Assembly (NCBI GenBank): GCA_038496445.1
Contig: JALMLS010000326.1
Coordinates: forward strand, 1-64,000
DNA from: Trichosphaerium sp. ATCC 40318
Lineage: Eukaryota > Protista > Tubulinea
Length of the DNA stretch: 64,000 nt
Reading direction: 5' to 3'
Shown: in pieces, positions 49,501 through 62,400 of the stretch
Layout: each line of letters begins with the position of its first letter
Position numbering within the stretch: the first letter of the stretch is position 1
Notes under the pieces: model-generated
Seen by the model: only the letters and a program-made list of their open reading frames with translations
Databases searched by the model: none
Told to the model about the DNA's origin: nothing
Program-made: the position numbers and the translations under genes

Positions 49501-50138
49501 TTGATTTGAGCTTTTACTACAACATTATGGCATCTTCATTCAAGCAATTACAAAGCGAAAACTTAAAGGAAGAGCACTTACAACAAATAACGAAGAATAT
49601 CTTATTCATATCATTGAGAGGGTACACTTCATGGCGTGGATTAGGCAAAAGGAAATTGCCTCCTCAACTGAGAAGCAAAGCTAAAACACCAATTCCTTTT
49701 GTTGCCTACGCCTTTGAATCATACTCATCTGTGGCATGCCAAGGTATTAATCAAATTAATGCATCTCTGATGTTCTATGCTGCAATGGCTTCTCAGATGG
49801 AAGAGGAGCATGTTAAACATTTTGTTGATACCATAGCAAACGCCATTTATCGCGTATATCAAGACAAGCAAGCGCCTAAAGAAATGAAGCAAACAGCTGG
49901 TCAAACAATGGAACTTATAAAATCTAAAGTCGGTGATACCGAGTTTGCTAGTGCATTGAATCGTGCAAAACGTGGATTGGAAGAAGGTATCGCCACAAAT
50001 CCAAAAATGAAGAAACTTCAAAAAGTAGCTGGGTTTGCGAAGAAGCGACCTCTTGAAGAATCAAAACGCGATTCAAATAGACCCAGCATACGTGTCAAAC
50101 GTAGGAAACTACAAAAGATGCTGCAGGATGAATTGTAA
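40548..50138 (+). CDS. UTP20: U3 snoRNA-associated protein 20 (small-subunit processome HEAT protein)
   Basis: ELQPYVATLPQVIVNKDKI, FARDLQADFYPYF, LRQFVAESFSFLVRK, FLLSNLEYPTPSGR, FPHQWIR; ~9.6-kb multi-exon gene. Confidence 0.93.
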
Positions 50139-50488
50139 TAAAATTTTTTATCATCCAGTAATTAATCAAACTGAGCAATCAAACTGAGCTGTCAAATAGG
50201 AACCAATAGCTACCACCACATTTTAGACCTTACCCATGCTTTTCCATCAAGAATACGAGAGGGACGTTGGTGTTAACAGTAAATTATACCTGTTAGAAAC
50301 AACATTAACCTTAAACTGTCATTGCTAACTATTTGATTGTTTTGAGAAGAATCTGCAACTGATAAGTACAGAAATGTAATTTAACGGACGTACGTTGGTA
50401 ATGTTTACGTGTTCATTCAAAGAACGTAACGTTTTGTGCCTTAATATTTGAAATCGCACTTAGCAAGCGTTTTCTCGCTTCTCCAAGC

Positions 50489-51662
50489 ATGGCAAACGAT
50501 TCTGAACATAGAAAAGACTCTGATAGCTTTCCTAAAGTTAAACTGGTGATTATTGGTGGTGGTGGTGTTGGTATACACAACATAAATTAATTTTAAGTGT
50601 AAATACGCTGTTCAATACAACAATTACCTTGAAAGTGCATTTTTGTACCAAACGTTAATTTAATATTTACCATAGGAAAAACTAGCCTGTTTTTTCGGTT
50701 AGGTGGTCGGAGTAAGTGGTTCTGGTGTTTTAATCGTTTTTTACATTTTTAGAGCACTTTCAAACGAAAAATGTTCCACGTGTTGCCGAAAATAAGTTGT
50801 ACGCACATGCTTGTTAAATGGTTTTTTGTCAGTTGGCAATACCAATCTATTGCAACTAACAGATTTAGTATACAACATGACATGTGCATTGGTTGTAAGA
50901 TCAAATTGGGTGCGTACATTGAGCGGTTTGGAGAGTACTCTTGTTTCAACGAACAAGTCAACCTTGTACTAATTTGATTCAGACCTATGGGATACTGCAA
51001 GAGGTGAAATGTTTGACAGATTTCGTGTTATTACCTACATAGGAGCGGTACGTATTTAAACTAGTGGTGTTAAAAAACGGCTTTTTAGATCATTACAATA
51101 TATGGCTTCTTTTAGTTTTTCTCTAGGATGTACTTCTACTATGCTTCAGTCTTGTTGATGAAGGAAGTGTTAATAATGATGTCAAATACAGGGTACTAGG
51201 CAACGGTTGCTATAATATAAACTGTGTATAGTTTTTAAAACAGTGTCAAACTGACTCTTTTTGTAAGTTTACTCCTGAAGCAGACCATAATTGTCCAAAT
51301 GTGCCTGTAATATTGGTTGGTACTAAAGTAGATATAAGAGATAAAACTCAAAAAGGAATGACTACAGAACAAGGAATTGAGCTGGCAATAGCAATCAATG
51401 TACAAGCTTATATTTTGGTTTTTTTTTGTTGCAGTTTCCGTCTTCTTATTTTTTTTAATAGGCACATAGCTATGTTGAAGTCAGTTCCTTATCAGGTAGT
51501 GGAGTAGAAGATGGTGAGGATTAAAAGTTGACATAGTATTTTTGAGTCTAATTGTGATATATAGTTATCAGGGAAGCTTCAATGGCTGGTTTAATGTTTA
51601 GTGGTGTCTACAGCGCTAAAAATCAACAACCTACAAATACACGTAGATGCAATGTTATGTAG
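50489..51662 (+). CDS. Atypical Rho/Rac-family small GTPase
   Basis: KLVIIGGGGVGKTSL, DLWDTARGE, DVLLLCFSL, CPNVPVILVGTKVDIR, YVEVSS, CaaX CNVM*. Confidence 0.9.
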
Positions 51663-51845
51663 AATATAAAAGGTGTACATCAATTTCATTATAACAACTC
51701 TTTGTATACTATCACAAAGTGCTGATCCTATTAAATTGAAATCAGGATTGAGCAACTACACTCACTTTTAACCACAAATCATGAGTTTCGTTGGTGTTCA
51801 TACTATTGATCTCAGTTGTGACAACAGTTTGATGAAGGCCTCAGA

Positions 51846-54420
51846 TCACTGAAAGGCGTGCATTGACATTAGAGCATGTAGGTATAGGTATAGATAAAGG
51901 AAGGTGTCAAACCGATACAAATTTGTTAGAGACGATGCTGTACAATCACTTAGAGATATTGACCTGTGGATGTAACAATGTGACAGGTGTACCATGGTTT
52001 TGTTTTCTCGAAATGCTGGCGTGAAGAAGTGCATAGCTGACGCTGGGTAGTTTTCGAATTCTATATCCCGCTATGTACCTAGGAGTGGAAAAGTTGCGCT
52101 CACAGGACAATGAGATAAAGCAAAACAGTTTGGAAAACAATCTGTTTTTATTTGAAATATAAACTTACAACTCTTCAACAAGAAATTCTCCATCACCGTC
52201 CTTGGTTTGAAAAGTACCAAGGTCCAGCTTTGCCAACTGTAACATACAGTCAGTGTCATTAGCTTGTACGCCAAGTTTAGTATCTATGCTGTCAGCTTGT
52301 TGTTCTCCCTCAAGGAAGCAAGAAGAGGAACAGGCAACGTTGTAAACGTTGATTTTTCCTTTAATCAGACCTCCCTCGAATGCAGTTGCTATCACTTTGA
52401 CGTCTAGTTCGGGATGCGATGAATATAGATCAATTCTGCCATCGTAGTTGTACTTGTATGCTTTGTAATTGAAGTAATAGACAGTGTTGTCAGCCCTGAA
52501 AGAAAACAATAATTTAGCAATTTTGAAAAAAGAAATGTGTGTGAGACGAACCCTGTGCGAAGATCAGGAACCGGCTTTGTTGACACGTAAAAAATCATAT
52601 CGCCAATAACTTCAACTTGCATACATACCCTTTGCGAGTTGGCATTGCACCCACCCAGCTTTTCATCAACAGTAATGTGCATTGTAAAAGCACCTCCTCT
52701 TTTAATCTCAACATTATCCATGTCGTAGGTCCCAATCTTGTCAACCGTATACGTTTGAACGTCCTTTAGGGGTACAGCGTCGACCTTTTGTCCGTTTATG
52801 CCTTCCAAGTTGGAATACTTTGCCTGGCCGCTCCCACAATATTGCCTTCTTTCTGTTCTCCATAAATCACCATTCCATTTCGCAAGGTTATAAAAGTGCA
52901 TCCACCCATTTTTGGAGCGCATATATGGATACGAAGCATAATCCACGCCAATCATATTCTGTACTAGATAATATAGAACAGTTTCAAAAGCTTGTGCCGA
53001 AGCTTTTCGTTCTGGAGACAATAATCCATAAAAGAGCCAGAATACAGCAGCGCTATTGGCATTGTTATTTGGTGACAAAGGGGTGTACTGTGTCTCCAGA
53101 GCAACCCAAAAAGGTACAAAGCAATATCTATTATTATAAGTGGGCTCTAGAGGACTCTCGGTAGGGTTTTCAAAAGCATAAGTCCACCTGTCCCCTTGTA
53201 CAAGGCCTAAACAGAAATAAGAGTCTGAGCTGGAAAAAAATAAGAAAAAGCCAAGCATCACGTACCGGTTACAGCAAGCGCTGCCCAAGCGGCTGAGCTT
53301 TCGATAAACATTTTTGCTTTGGTGAATTCATCTCCGTCTAAGTTGTCTGCACCAAAGTTGTATTGTACGTAGTGAAACAATTCGTGAGCCGTTGCTTCGC
53401 GAGCTTTCAAATCATTGCTCATACCCTCAGAATTCAATTTCATTGGGCCGTCGCTAGGCGAAGAACCCAGCAATTTTGGATCCATTGCATAAATGTTAAC
53501 TTGGCATTTGGAATTCTCATCGTTAAAAGGCATTTTACGTGCAGTGAACCACTCGGCATAAACATTCCAAGCTTCATCTAGATGTTGTGCTACCTTCTCC
53601 GCATATTCCGATGTAAATTGATCTTCTGGGGTACCACCAGTGCAGTTCTCGCACCAGTTGAGCATAAATCTGCTATATCCAAAAGTATCATGGTGGTTAA
53701 AGCAAGGAGGGTCACCTTGGGTGCAGTCATGTTCCGTTTCATTTTCTTTTTGTTTTCTGATGATTCCATAAAAAGGTCTTGTTTTTTTTCGTTTTCATTT
53801 TCTTGTTGATTGTCAGATCCTGGAAGGTCGTAGTTTACAATACCCCTATAAAAAGGAAACCCACATTCGCCAACCCTTTGTACCAGGTATTGACCAACCA
53901 GTTCCCAACCAGAGTCGGCTTCAGGGCATACAGAACTCGATGAGTAGTTTGAAGAAGTGCCATCCATTCCGGAGATGCCATGGTAGATACAACATGCACC
54001 TTTACCATAATGGGATCCATCAAGAGTCACGGTATTGGGAGGTTTCTCGTTGTACGGTTGTACGCCTCCTTTCATTTTTTGGTAGTAGCAATCTTTGTTA
54101 CAATCCTTTGCACCCCACCCCGTAACAGTGTAGTCATCAGGGAACGGAACGGTAATGGTTTGCCTGCCGGCGTACGGTGTCGTGGAGATGTAACAGATGC
54201 GGTTACCGGAAACTAGACCTGGATTTGGGATGATATATGCCCAGACGCAGTTTTTAAAGTAGACAGGCTGTATTAGTGTTAGTACTCGGGTTTTTTTGTG
54301 TTCGAGTTTTTGACAGTTGCGTACGTCTGCTTTTGCTTCTGATTCTAGTTTTGTTTCGGCAAGTGTTAAGGGAGCGTAGAGTAATATGCAAAACAGCAAG
54401 CATTGTAGAGAAGCTGACAT
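51846..54420 (-). CDS. Secreted Cys-rich HEXXH zinc-metallopeptidase-like protein; apparent frameshift near 53750; 3' end uncertain
   Basis: Signal peptide MSASLQCLLFCILLYAPLTLA; EATAHELFHYVQY...MFIESSAAWA (gluzincin-like third ligand). Confidence 0.75.
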
Positions 54421-54779
54421 GGTGCTTGCTTTGTTGGTTTTTAGTTTTTTGATTTTAAAAGTCAGGAGGTACTGAAACGTTTTTTCGATGAAATTTTGAT
54501 ACCAAGATTTCGTTTGGTCTGAAACGACTTTTTTCATAGAAATGTACAATTGTAATTTGAAATGTTATTTCTACGAAAAAGGTTATGCCGATTGTTGTTT
54601 GTAATCTAAAAGTCAAAACTGCGGCCAAACTATAATAAGGGCGAAAAATAAATAAAAATTGCAAGTACGTGGAAGACTATTTTCAGTGAAACTTATTTAA
54701 ATAACAACACAGAAACAAGGTGAACAGCTTTTTATGCGAAATCAAATCACAGCAAAAACGTAGTGGTGATCCTTGAGCA

Positions 54780-55160
54780 TTAGTGAGACTTCAGTTTCAG
54801 ATGTCGTTGTGAAGATGTTGAAAGGTGTTTCATCTTACTGTTGCCCAAATGTGACAGCTTCAGGGATTAATTGAAATCTATATATTGTACAAGCATTGGT
54901 GGCGATTCAGTTACTGTTCAAAGCGTTAGAAAATGTTCGTGATATTAGAAAAAGTATAGATTGTAAATGTTATAGATGAAGGCATAGAAGCACTCAAACA
55001 TAAAAATCTTGACAGCGTTACCCCTTTTTTATTGTGATAATGTGACAGATGCTGTATCCAATCGCTGAGAGATGCCTCCGTGGAAGTTTATGTATAAACA
55101 TTATATATGCTTTATATCATCTCCATGGAAGAAGCATTCAGGTTGTCAAGGTAAACGTAC
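54780..55160 (+). pseudogene. Decayed Cys-containing leucine-rich-repeat gene fragment
   Basis: Broken frames give CPNVTASGI, CTSIG, NVIDEGIEALKH and CDNVTDA, with stops and frameshifts. Confidence 0.5.
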
Positions 55161-56300
55161 AGAAATCAGGTTTGCTTTTAATTCTGCTGTTACATCTGCA
55201 ACATAGCTCACCAATAAAAATTTTCCAACCCAAAACAATTTTTGTTTGTATCCAAGTAAGTACCCAGTCAACGGCTCGGACAGCCTCATCTGTACTAATG
55301 ATCCTCCAATGCACTTAACAATAGTAATTCTTGCGCTTCTACGTTTTCAGTGAGGATGTAGAGCATATTATTGTCGTCAACTGCCATTGCCTTTATCTTT
55401 CCAATGTTTTCCTCAGTAGTTGCTTCTAGCGGTGTAATGCATTTGTCTTTAAGCAGAAACACCTTTACTGGTTTACCACGTGTGACATACAAACCATTAT
55501 AGTATCGAGACGAAGCATAAACGGAATAGTGAATTAGATTAGGGATCTTACTAAGCACTGTATGTTTGTCTTCATTTCCAATCTTTACAATTTCTCGTGA
55601 ACTGATTGAAATCACCTCTTCACTGTCCTTATCTAAACAAATGCCTTTACATCCTAATATAGGTTAATTGTATTCAAGCGTTACAAACAAATACACGTAC
55701 TAAAACAGCGTTTCATTATTGGCTGTTTGGTGTTGGGCATCAGTTCCAAAACCTTTCGTGTACCACTTGTAGCTATCATCTTTTTAGATTTGGGTGCATA
55801 CATTAAATATTGTAAAGTCGCTCTGTCTTTGAACAATCCATATCCCTCAGCAGGCTTTATTTCACCTGTATCCATGTCTAGTTCGTAGGCGCCAGTACCT
55901 TTAATAATGACATATACCTAAAATAAACTGTGAAAAAAAAGACAAGATAACTTGCACGTGATTTAAAAAATTTCGTATTGGTAATTCCCTTACTTTATCT
56001 GATGGCCCAGCACATGCTGCAGTAACGAATGATGTAGCATATTCTGTTTTCGGTGTATTTGGATGAACGTGTGGATGTTTAATGATATAACGCGTTGGGC
56101 ATACGTAACTGACAACCTTTGCGTTGTTAGCAGAAGGGATAGATGATAATCCACCTAAAACGTACCTTGCCTATCGGAGTCGCGTATGCTACGTCTTTGG
56201 TAGCGTAACAGCTAATTCTAAACGCTTTGATCGCTTGTTCATCCAAACTTAGCGCTATCGCGACTAGAAGCTCATTTGGTAATAACAGCAATGTACACAT
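55100..56300 (-). CDS. F-box protein with an NHL/beta-propeller-like C-terminal region (3' end approximate)
   Basis: MCTLLLLPNELLVAIALSLDEQAIKAFRISC is an F-box pattern; later beta-strand repeats include KGICLDK and KAMAVDDNNMLYIL. Confidence 0.65.
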
Positions 56301-56602
56301 TACACAGCTGATGGATTAAAGGTAAGCAAGTGGCGGTTTATGATGGCGGGTTTGTTTTAACTTTATTGACTCAATTTACCGCCAATTTTCGTTCTAACAC
56401 GTGTTGGCCTTGATTTTTTTTGCCTTTAATGCTACTTGGTAAATTCTTATGCGGAGTGCAATAACCTCTGCATAGCTTGCGCGATTTTGTGTATTCTAGC
56501 TAGCACTATGTCTCCATTCAAAGGCACATGAGGCTCAAGTACTGTGAAGCAAACTGGTCACACCACGACAAACGAGATGTGTCTTCCAGATAATGATAAC
56601 CT

Positions 56603-57641
56603 TTAACTTATAACGTTGAACGTAGACCTAGCACATGTACGTAGCCACCTGGTAGTATTTTAAAACACTTTGTAGGAATAAAAAATGTATACCTTTGCCT
56701 AGATAGTTTTTTATACCAGGTACTAAACTTGGTCCAATCCCACTCGAACGATGGATTGTGCACAGCGAGCACTTGAGGCCATAGTTTAATAAAACCATAT
56801 CCAGCTCTTGACGATAGCTGCTCAATTGATACACGATACCTATTAATACATTTTTGTTAGTTATTGCATCACTCAATGGAGGCTCCAAAATATTGTACCA
56901 ATCTTCATGGCTTTTTATACTGTGACTATCTTCTAGCTCCTTTAAAAAAGCAAATTGACGGGTTTTGTCCTTCCAGTAGTTCCTTGGTGCAAACCTAGAT
57001 TGCCAATCAGCTTCAACGTCGACTAGTATTCTAAATGAAATGTGTACTTGAAACTCAATGCGTTCCAGTTGTGATTTGGGTACAACGTAGAAAGGCACGA
57101 AGATAGTGAGCTGTTATAGTAATTCCTTAAAGTGTGGGGTTAAAACTAGAGAGATTGAAGACAAAAACCATACTTTAGGATGGCACGTGCGCCACAGTCT
57201 ATAACGTCTTGGTTTACTACCTTGTACCAGTCGTCAAGTACCTTCACTTGGAGTCCTTCTGCTACTACGTTCAGTTTAGCTGTCTGGTGATGAGTGGCTT
57301 GCCACTGTCGATGACCTGCTCGGCTAAGACATCCATTAGCACGACTTTAAAATAGCGTTGTAGTGCCTGAAACTGTAGCGATTCCATGGATATTGTGGAT
57401 ACGCTGCTTCAAGCCATTTTGATAAGGAACCGTCGTAGTGGTATCTATTTACAAGCTTAGTTTTACTATTAAAGGTAGTAAGTCACCTCAACAGCCTCAA
57501 TGTAGTCGACACGTTCGCAATTGCGGGTTCTTGGACGTCATACCATTCATCCAAGCTCTTAATGCGCATTTTCTGCCCTAAAGCTTCTAATGCCGTTTTA
57601 CCCACCACATAATGGCGAATGGAACACTTTAGGTGCAGCAT
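56603..57641 (-). CDS. Shorter paralog of the 19152-21311 repeat protein (3 repeats, no nuclease domain)
   Basis: IKSLDEWYDV..AAYPQYPW, VKVLDDWYKV, YWKDKTRQFAFLKELEDSHSIKSHEDW|YRVSIEQL..LWPQVLAVHNPSFEWDWTKFS..SRQ|RWLRTCARSTFNVIS*. Confidence 0.75.
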
Positions 57642-57807
57642 AGTTTGAAATTAGCTCAATTTTGCGTGTCGGGCGTATTTTTATACTGTAACATGCGGCT
57701 ACATGGCCACAACTGTTGGCATTGTGTTACTTAGGCTAGTACATAATTTGGTTGACTTTGACGCACAAAATTGGGATACTTCTGTTTTATTATTATATGA
57801 CCATGGA

Positions 57808-59235
<1,428 letters not shown>

Positions 59236-59424
59236 TTTATTACTAACCACCTGTTACAAGCGTCGTTGTTGGTGCTAGGATGCCTGTCAGAGAATTGAAA
59301 AAAGTTGACGTTTGTGGAAGCTTCAACACTTAAGAACTAGTTTATGTCCCAATTCACCATTGAAAGAGCAGTTCGTAAAGTGTCGTAAACAAAAACTGAC
59401 TAATTTCAGGTCAAGAGAAGGAAA

Positions 59425-62400
59425 ATGGCATCTAAAAGCTCTTCTATGATTGGGTTTGGGTCGTACTTTGGTGTAGGCGGCGATGAAAACGTTTTTGCGC
59501 CTAAAATCCTGAAAAAGCTTCAAAATGTAACTCCAGCTCAGTTTTCGTGCGGTTCTAGGCATACTTGCGTCGTAACAGGTGAATACACGAATTTCATTTT
59601 AAAAAACTTACGAATTCCTCAGAGGATGGACAAACGTACAGTTGGGGATCAAATGAGCATAACCAGGCATTTTAAAACAATTTTCTTTTTTAAACGGACT
59701 AATGTAACTGATTATCACTAGACAGGACGCTATCAACGCCTCATGTCTCCACAGGCACGTTAAAGTATAGTGGACGTTGTAAAACAACATATTAAAGCCG
59801 TGGAGCTAAAATCGATCCTTGCTAGTCCACGCCCGCCGCTTTCTCCGCAATAACACCTCTAACATTTTTGCTAGCGTATTCCTGCTTTGGAGTCGTTGCT
59901 GGTAACTCAAGTTTCTTGTGGAGACGCTCACACATTGATTCTGCTTGGTACGTTTCACGTATTTTTTTTACCGCTATTTACGAAATCACGTGCCTATACT
60001 TACGAAACTGAAGCCTCTGGTCGCGTCTTGTCATTCGGAAAAAATCATAGAGGCCAAGTAAGTGCTAAAAGTACATTTTCAAAACCACGTGACCGAAGTG
60101 ACATTACAATTTTGGAAGATTAATGGATTCTCATATATTTTTTTTTAAGCTAGGCCACGGTGATTTAGAAGCCAGAGAAAAACCGAAGGTTATAAAGGAA
60201 TTTGACACGCATCGCATAAAGAAAATAGCTGCAGGTGCCAACCACTCGCTAGCCTTAGATCGTAAGTACCTTGTTGAAGTATTATGTCATTTTCTCACTT
60301 ATACTGTAGGTGTTGGCTGCGTTTTCGTTTTTGGTACGTTTCTCAAGGTTGTAACATTACGCTCATCTAAACCAACCTTAAGGAGATGGAAGCAAGGGTC
60401 AGCTTGGCAAAGGGTAACAATAAATTTGGTCTAGATTTACAATTAATATTGTAAATAGTGATAAAGGAGTCAGGAGATGGCCTACAGCAGTTGAAGGTCT
60501 ACTTATATTACCAGTAGTAGACATGCAAGCTGGTGAATCACACACAATAGTCCGCACAGGTGAGGAATTATACAGCTACTTGAAGTCATTAACTGTGTAT
60601 AGTATCCGGTAACTTGTATGGCTTTGGAAGCAACGAGGTACTTCAAATTAAGGATGTCTTAGTTAACACTTTGAACAGTTCGGACAGCTTGGATTTGGAG
60701 ATACTGCCAATCGATTGGAGCCAACTTATATATCTGCTTTTAAAGGAATGCCAATAAAAAGCTTCGCTTGTGGTGCTCACCACACTGCCGTTGTTACGGG
60801 TAATATTATGTTCCAAATTCAATTTAGTACTGACATTGCGTTGTAGCTAGTGGTGATGTTTACACTGTCGGTGCAGGAACTTTTGGTCAATGTGGAACAA
60901 AGAAACTTGAACACCTACGATTTCCCACTCGTGTCTCCGGGCTTAAAAGAGCAACACGCGTTGCATGTGGTAGACGTCACACTATAGTAATCACAAAAGA
61001 TACCGATGAAGCAGGTAACTACTTTCGGCTTTACATTCTTAGTTTTTGCTTATCTTTTATGAAGGATTACCAATGTCTAAAGTCTATACTTTTGGTTGTG
61101 GATCTTCTGGACAGGTAAGAGGATATTAGCTAATGTAATCTCACTTTGTTTTAGTTAGGCATTGGCAGGAGTCTCTCCAAAAACCCAGAGGTACTTGATT
61201 TGGATGAACCAACAAAACCAAGCTAACCTATACTAGCCTACAGAACTTGAAGGAATGAGGAGTAATACAGATTACCTACCTGTTTGTGGAGGAGAATTTA
61301 CTCTAGTTTTAAGCTCAGGTAATTACTTGATGGTTCTTAAGTATGTTGGTGCAACTCTTATTAATGCTTGGTACTAGACCATGTAATACAAGAACAACCA
61401 TTCCCTATAGCTCATTTAACTTTACCTTTGATCCAAGAGCTCGTTGCAGACTATAAAAATAACAATGTACGCCAACTCAATATCTATTTTAAAGTGTTCC
61501 TTTGTGCTTATTATTGTTGAAACAGGGTACAGGCACAAGTAACCTGGAGAGGACGTTAGATCTTGTTTTTTCCCATCCAAATACCCTCAATAGTAGTTTT
61601 ATTACTAAAGACAGTGCAACTACAAAAGGTACATCAATTTGATGGATTGTTTAAACTCGCAGCGCTAATTTTGTTAAAAAAAGTGTCAATCTCCGATGTG
61701 CGCAGTAGTTTCATACAGATACTTAATGTGCAGTCAAGCACAGGCATTGTTAATGTTATAAACAATGCAATCTCAAAGTGCCTAAACAATCTGCCTGGTA
61801 GGAAGATTAGGAGCGCAGAACAGCTCCGTATGTATTTGATAATTCTTGAGGTAATTATAGCGTTAAACACTTGCTTTGTAATTTACTTGATAGTACCCTA
61901 TGCTCTTGGAGCCAAGCAGGCATAATCTGACAGTACTAACAAAACTTGTACGATCGCTAATGAATATGCCACAATCAGTCAAAACTGTGTTGCACACGTC
62001 ATGGAAAAAGTAAGTGGAAGTGGAAGCTATCTTTTTGCTTTAACTATTTTGTTAGCATGACATCTGAATACTTTATTCGGCTTGTATATATATTTACCAG
62101 ATTTTTATCGTTGCTATTATCTATGAACATTGATGAGCCTGTCGTATCTACAACTTACATCCTTCAAGACTTGTGTACGTTTGCCCCATTGAAACTTTTC
62201 TATTTTTGTGTTAACTTTTTTTCCAATTTAGATAATATTAACGAAGAGATGCATATTGTGCCTTACTACAAGTTCTATTGCATATCAATAGGTATACATT
62301 ATTACAGCTGTAACTACTTCTCTAACGTTATGATAAAGACGCAGTTCTAAAGGACAAGGAGAGTATGGCAAAGGAATATAACCGCTGGCGAGGGTACATA

